From contig JABLTG010000014.1 in NCBI GenBank assembly GCA_016618085.1, positions 62,001 through 126,000 on the forward strand: a stretch of 64,000 nucleotides of DNA, written 5' to 3'. Of this stretch, positions 60,553 to 64,000 are shown piece by piece (the first letter of the stretch is position 1; each line of letters begins with the position of its first letter). The DNA comes from Neovahlkampfia damariscottae (taxonomy: Eukaryota). A program made the position numbers and the translations under genes. The notes beneath the pieces were generated by a model. The model did no database searches. It worked only from the letters and a program-made list of their open reading frames with translations, and had not been told where the DNA came from.

Positions 60553-62154
60553 TTAATTTATTGTATTCCTTAAATGTCCTATAAATTTTTCAATTTTATC
60601 ATAATTTTCCACTTGAGATATGTTTCCTATGACAGAAAGAGCAGGTTTTGAATTCAAAAATTTTTCTCTAACTCTTTTCAAATCATCAATGGTAACATCA
60701 TCTACATGTTGACATAAAAAATAACCAGAACGAATATGATTTAAATATAATAAATCATATGCTAAATTTGTTGATAAACCATGAATATCTTCTAAAACAG
60801 ATAAAATCATTGATTTGAATCTATTTTTAGCTGATTGAATTTCTTCTATTGTGATATCTTCAAACATTGATTGATATAAATGAGCAATTGGATGAATTAA
60901 TTTATATCCAATATCATGTCTTGTTGATGCAGATATTTGAAATATACCATTATCTGTATAAGGTTTATGTTCACATTTCATTGAATAAAAATCAAATTGA
61001 CATAAATATCTTGAATGAATAATTGAATGTAATCCTTTACCAGGTCCACCTGCAGAAAATGAATCACCACCTCCAATTAATGTTTCTAAAACATGTGCTG
61101 CATAAATATCTTTATCATTTAAAGAAAATCCTTGAAATGAAAGATTTACTGATGTTAATGGTGGTATATTTTGTTTCATAACTTCAAATGGTGGTTCTAA
61201 ATATTCTAATCTTTTTTCACCACCAATCCATTCACTCTTTTCATTTAAAAATATTTCATTTTCTGAATTTTTAAAATCAGAAAAATATTTTTCAACAAAT
61301 TTTGGAAATAAATTATAATCAACATTAACTCCTACAATAACACATCTTGTTGGATTAATATATTTTTTAATATATTTTAATAAATTTATCTCTTTAACTT
61401 CTTCTGGACAATAAAGTGATTTTCTTCCAAGGTTATTATTTCCAAAGCATGCTTCATTCAATAAATCATTTTGAACATTAGAAAAAACTACAAAATTTAA
61501 TTTTCAAAAAATATCTTTTAAACCTGGATTATAATATTGTTCTTCAAAATTTGATTTAATTGAATTCAATTTTTCATCAATCTCTAATTGTGTGAATTTT
61601 GGTGAAAAGATTGTTTCCGCTATAACTGAAAGAGCAGTTTCCATATCTTCTCTAAAAAATGTAGCATTAAATGTTAATGTTTCTGAATCAACTTCACTTT
61701 CATACATTATTCTATCACTTGATCTTGTTAACTAGTAAAAAAATAAGTTATTAAACCACAATCAAACTTGTTCATTTGTTAATTGATTTAATAAAACTGA
61801 AAGACCTCTCTCACTATCTAATTCATATCTTGAACCAATTTTAAATACTAAAGTTATATTTCCAAGTTTTGCGTTAGTGTCAAGTGTACCAATTTTTAGT
61901 TGATTTGGAAGTGTTGAAAGTTGAACATGTTGATCTTTAAAATGTGTCAATTGTTCTTTAACTTCTAAATTTAAATTCTTTAATGGTGTTTTCATGTCAA
62001 CCTAGAAAAATATTTTAAATTTATTTTTTTTGTATTTTTTTATTACTCCTGGTGTATAGTTGACTTTTGGTGGTTGTATTTTTATTTTTTTGGATGTATT
62101 ATAAAAATTAATATTAGATTTTTTGGGTATTTTGGAATGACGAAACATTTTCAT
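60553..62154 (-). CDS. PMPCA: Mitochondrial processing peptidase alpha subunit (3 introns)
   Basis: Basic transit-like N-terminus, STLPNQLKI, GSRYE, glycine loop GGGDSFSAGGPGKGLHS. Confidence 0.88.
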
Positions 62155-62246
62155 AGTTGGCAAAAACTTCAACAAAAAAATAAACTCTGAAAAAAAAAAT
62201 AATATTATTGGTTGAAATTATTCCGTAAAATAAAAAATGAATTTAT

Positions 62247-63962
62247 TTAAATTTCTTTTAAAAATATTAAATATTCATTTTTTAAATCCTCATTTTGAAT
62301 ATTTTGTACTATTTCATTCATACAAAATTCAACAAAAAATTTAATCTCTTTCGTTGATGATTTAAAATCAACAAAGAATTTCAAATTTTCAAATGAATTT
62401 AAATCATCTACTTTCGATTTATTTATGATCAATTCTAATAATTCTAAAACTTTATCTTTTAAAGTCAAAGATATTCCCTCATTTATAAACGAATCAAAGA
62501 TCATTTTTAAATTTGATTTTAAATTTATAAAATTAGAAATTAGTTCAATACAGTAATCAATCTTATAATATTAGTTTAATTATTTATTTTAACAAACTTC
62601 AATTTTTAAATTTAAATCATTTGGCGAATCAATCAAAGATTCCAAAATTATCATAAATATATTCTTTAAATAAAGAATGGAGTATTCTTCACAAAAAATT
62701 AAAACATTTGATAATAATTTTATATATTTCATTTTAATAGAAATATCCCATTGAGTTATTTTATCTCCAATTTTTTGAATTAAATTTTTTGAATAATTTT
62801 TAATTAATCTTCTTGATTTAATATTTGGATATCCATCGACAGTAAATGGTTCTTTTAATGGTATTAAATTGAATTTTATTTTATTTTCTTCTTCATCTTC
62901 TTTTATTAATTTATTTCCTAAAAGAGTAATTAAATTTAAAGATTCTATTTTTATTGAATCTAATTCATCAGATAAAAATAAAAATAGAATTGTCAAAATA
63001 AAATTTAAATTATTTTCTAATTCCGATAAATTATAAATCCAATGTTTTATACATTCAAATAATTCTAATCTAACTGTAGAATTTAAATCCATTGATAAAT
63101 TATAAAATATATTTTCTAATTTTAAAATATATTTCTCTCCATCATATCCACCACAAATAATTAAATATTTTAATGTTTTTAATGATATTGATCTAACATC
63201 AGACCTTGAATTTGAGAAATTTGGTATTAATGATTTAATTAAAGTTTCAGAAAATAATTTAAAATTTCTAATCTTTTGACAAAATTCAATAGTGGTCAAA
63301 CAAATTTCCTTTAACAAAAGATTATTAATTTAATTTATTACCTCATTTATCTTATAAAAATCTTTAAATGATTCACAAATTGAATTCTTCAAATGATCAT
63401 CACAGTAAATTTCTAAATCTTCTTCAATAAAATAAATTGAAATTAAATGTAATAATTTAATTAATAATAATCTAACTTCTTCACAATTTTCTATAAATTC
63501 ATCTTTTTGATTTATATTTTTTGATATTCTTGAAGTTATAATTGGAAATATAAATTTCAAAATCATTTTACTTTCATTTTTTAATATTTTAACGAATTTT
63601 ATAATAATTTGAATAGATATCTCCCTACAAACATCAATTTTATGTGTAAATATTGATATTAAATCTTTATATATTTTTGGAAATATTGATTGATGGTTCA
63701 TCAGTACTTGATGTTCATTTGTTAATTTTTCAATTTTTTTGATGATTGAAATACATATTAATCCTTCTGATTCTTTAAATTCTTTTAATAATTTCATTAA
63801 TTCATTCTCTAAATCACTTGAATTTTCAAATTTCTTAACTTTGATTTCATTCTTTTCTTCTGATTTAGTTTTGATTTTAATTTTAGTTTCTATTTTTTTC
63901 TTTTTTTTTAATGGTTTTTTTACCATTTCATTAAAGAAATCATCAACTTCTTTTTCGTCCAT
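62247..63962 (-). CDS. DNAAF5: HEAT-repeat dynein axonemal assembly factor 5-like protein (2 introns)
   Basis: ENCEEVRLLLIKLL, D..STVR....IKHW, P....RRLI.....LI..I...ITQW...K.K...LL..VL..CEE match recalled DNAAF5/HEATR2 blocks. Confidence 0.7.
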
Positions 63963-64000
63963 TTTTTAAAGAACACAAACAACCAATTAAAATTCAATAA

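Noticed and set aside
1..64000. Alternative genetic code or general stop-codon reassignment to explain fragmented ORFs
   Set aside because: Almost all breaks resolve with 26-47 nt GT-AG introns. TAA and TGA terminate conserved genes correctly, and long ORFs such as TOR have no internal stops.
1..64000. Prokaryotic features (CRISPR arrays, operons, defence systems), tRNA or rRNA genes
   Set aside because: No repeat-spacer arrays, cloverleaf structures or rRNA-like GC-rich segments were seen; the DNA is intron-containing and eukaryotic.

Overview
Very AT-rich, extremely gene-dense eukaryotic (protist) nuclear DNA in the standard code. It holds about 40 genes separated by 0-250 bp spacers (a few longer) and interrupted by tiny GT-AG introns (mostly 26-47 nt; about 70 reconstructed by hand). 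Gene content (EGF-bearing and bacillopeptidase-type subtilisins, DUF4116, RGS, B-box/Sel1, DNAAF5) suggests a heterolobosean-like amoeba/flagellate, which is inference only. Recognisable genes: a selenocysteine GPx with SECIS, fibrillarin-like, DBF4, ABCC transporter, eIF2-alpha, biotin carboxylase, USP, AP-3 sigma, BCAT, TOR, cystathionine gamma-lyase, PGAP4, NAXE, dCTP deaminase, MPP-alpha and DNAAF5. There is also a Ty3/gypsy remnant with PPT and 3' LTR, and a frameshifted CCR4/nocturnin-like pseudogene. The most striking signals concern splicing. Two mini-introns abut with a zero-length exon (20248-20320), a 2-nt microexon sits in BCAT (34042-34043), roughly 40% of acceptors are AAG, and one intron has no canonical donor. 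A VIT-vWA protein also carries a histone H3/H4-tail mimic. All intron calls are manual reconstructions from reading-frame and protein-motif continuity, not from transcript data.
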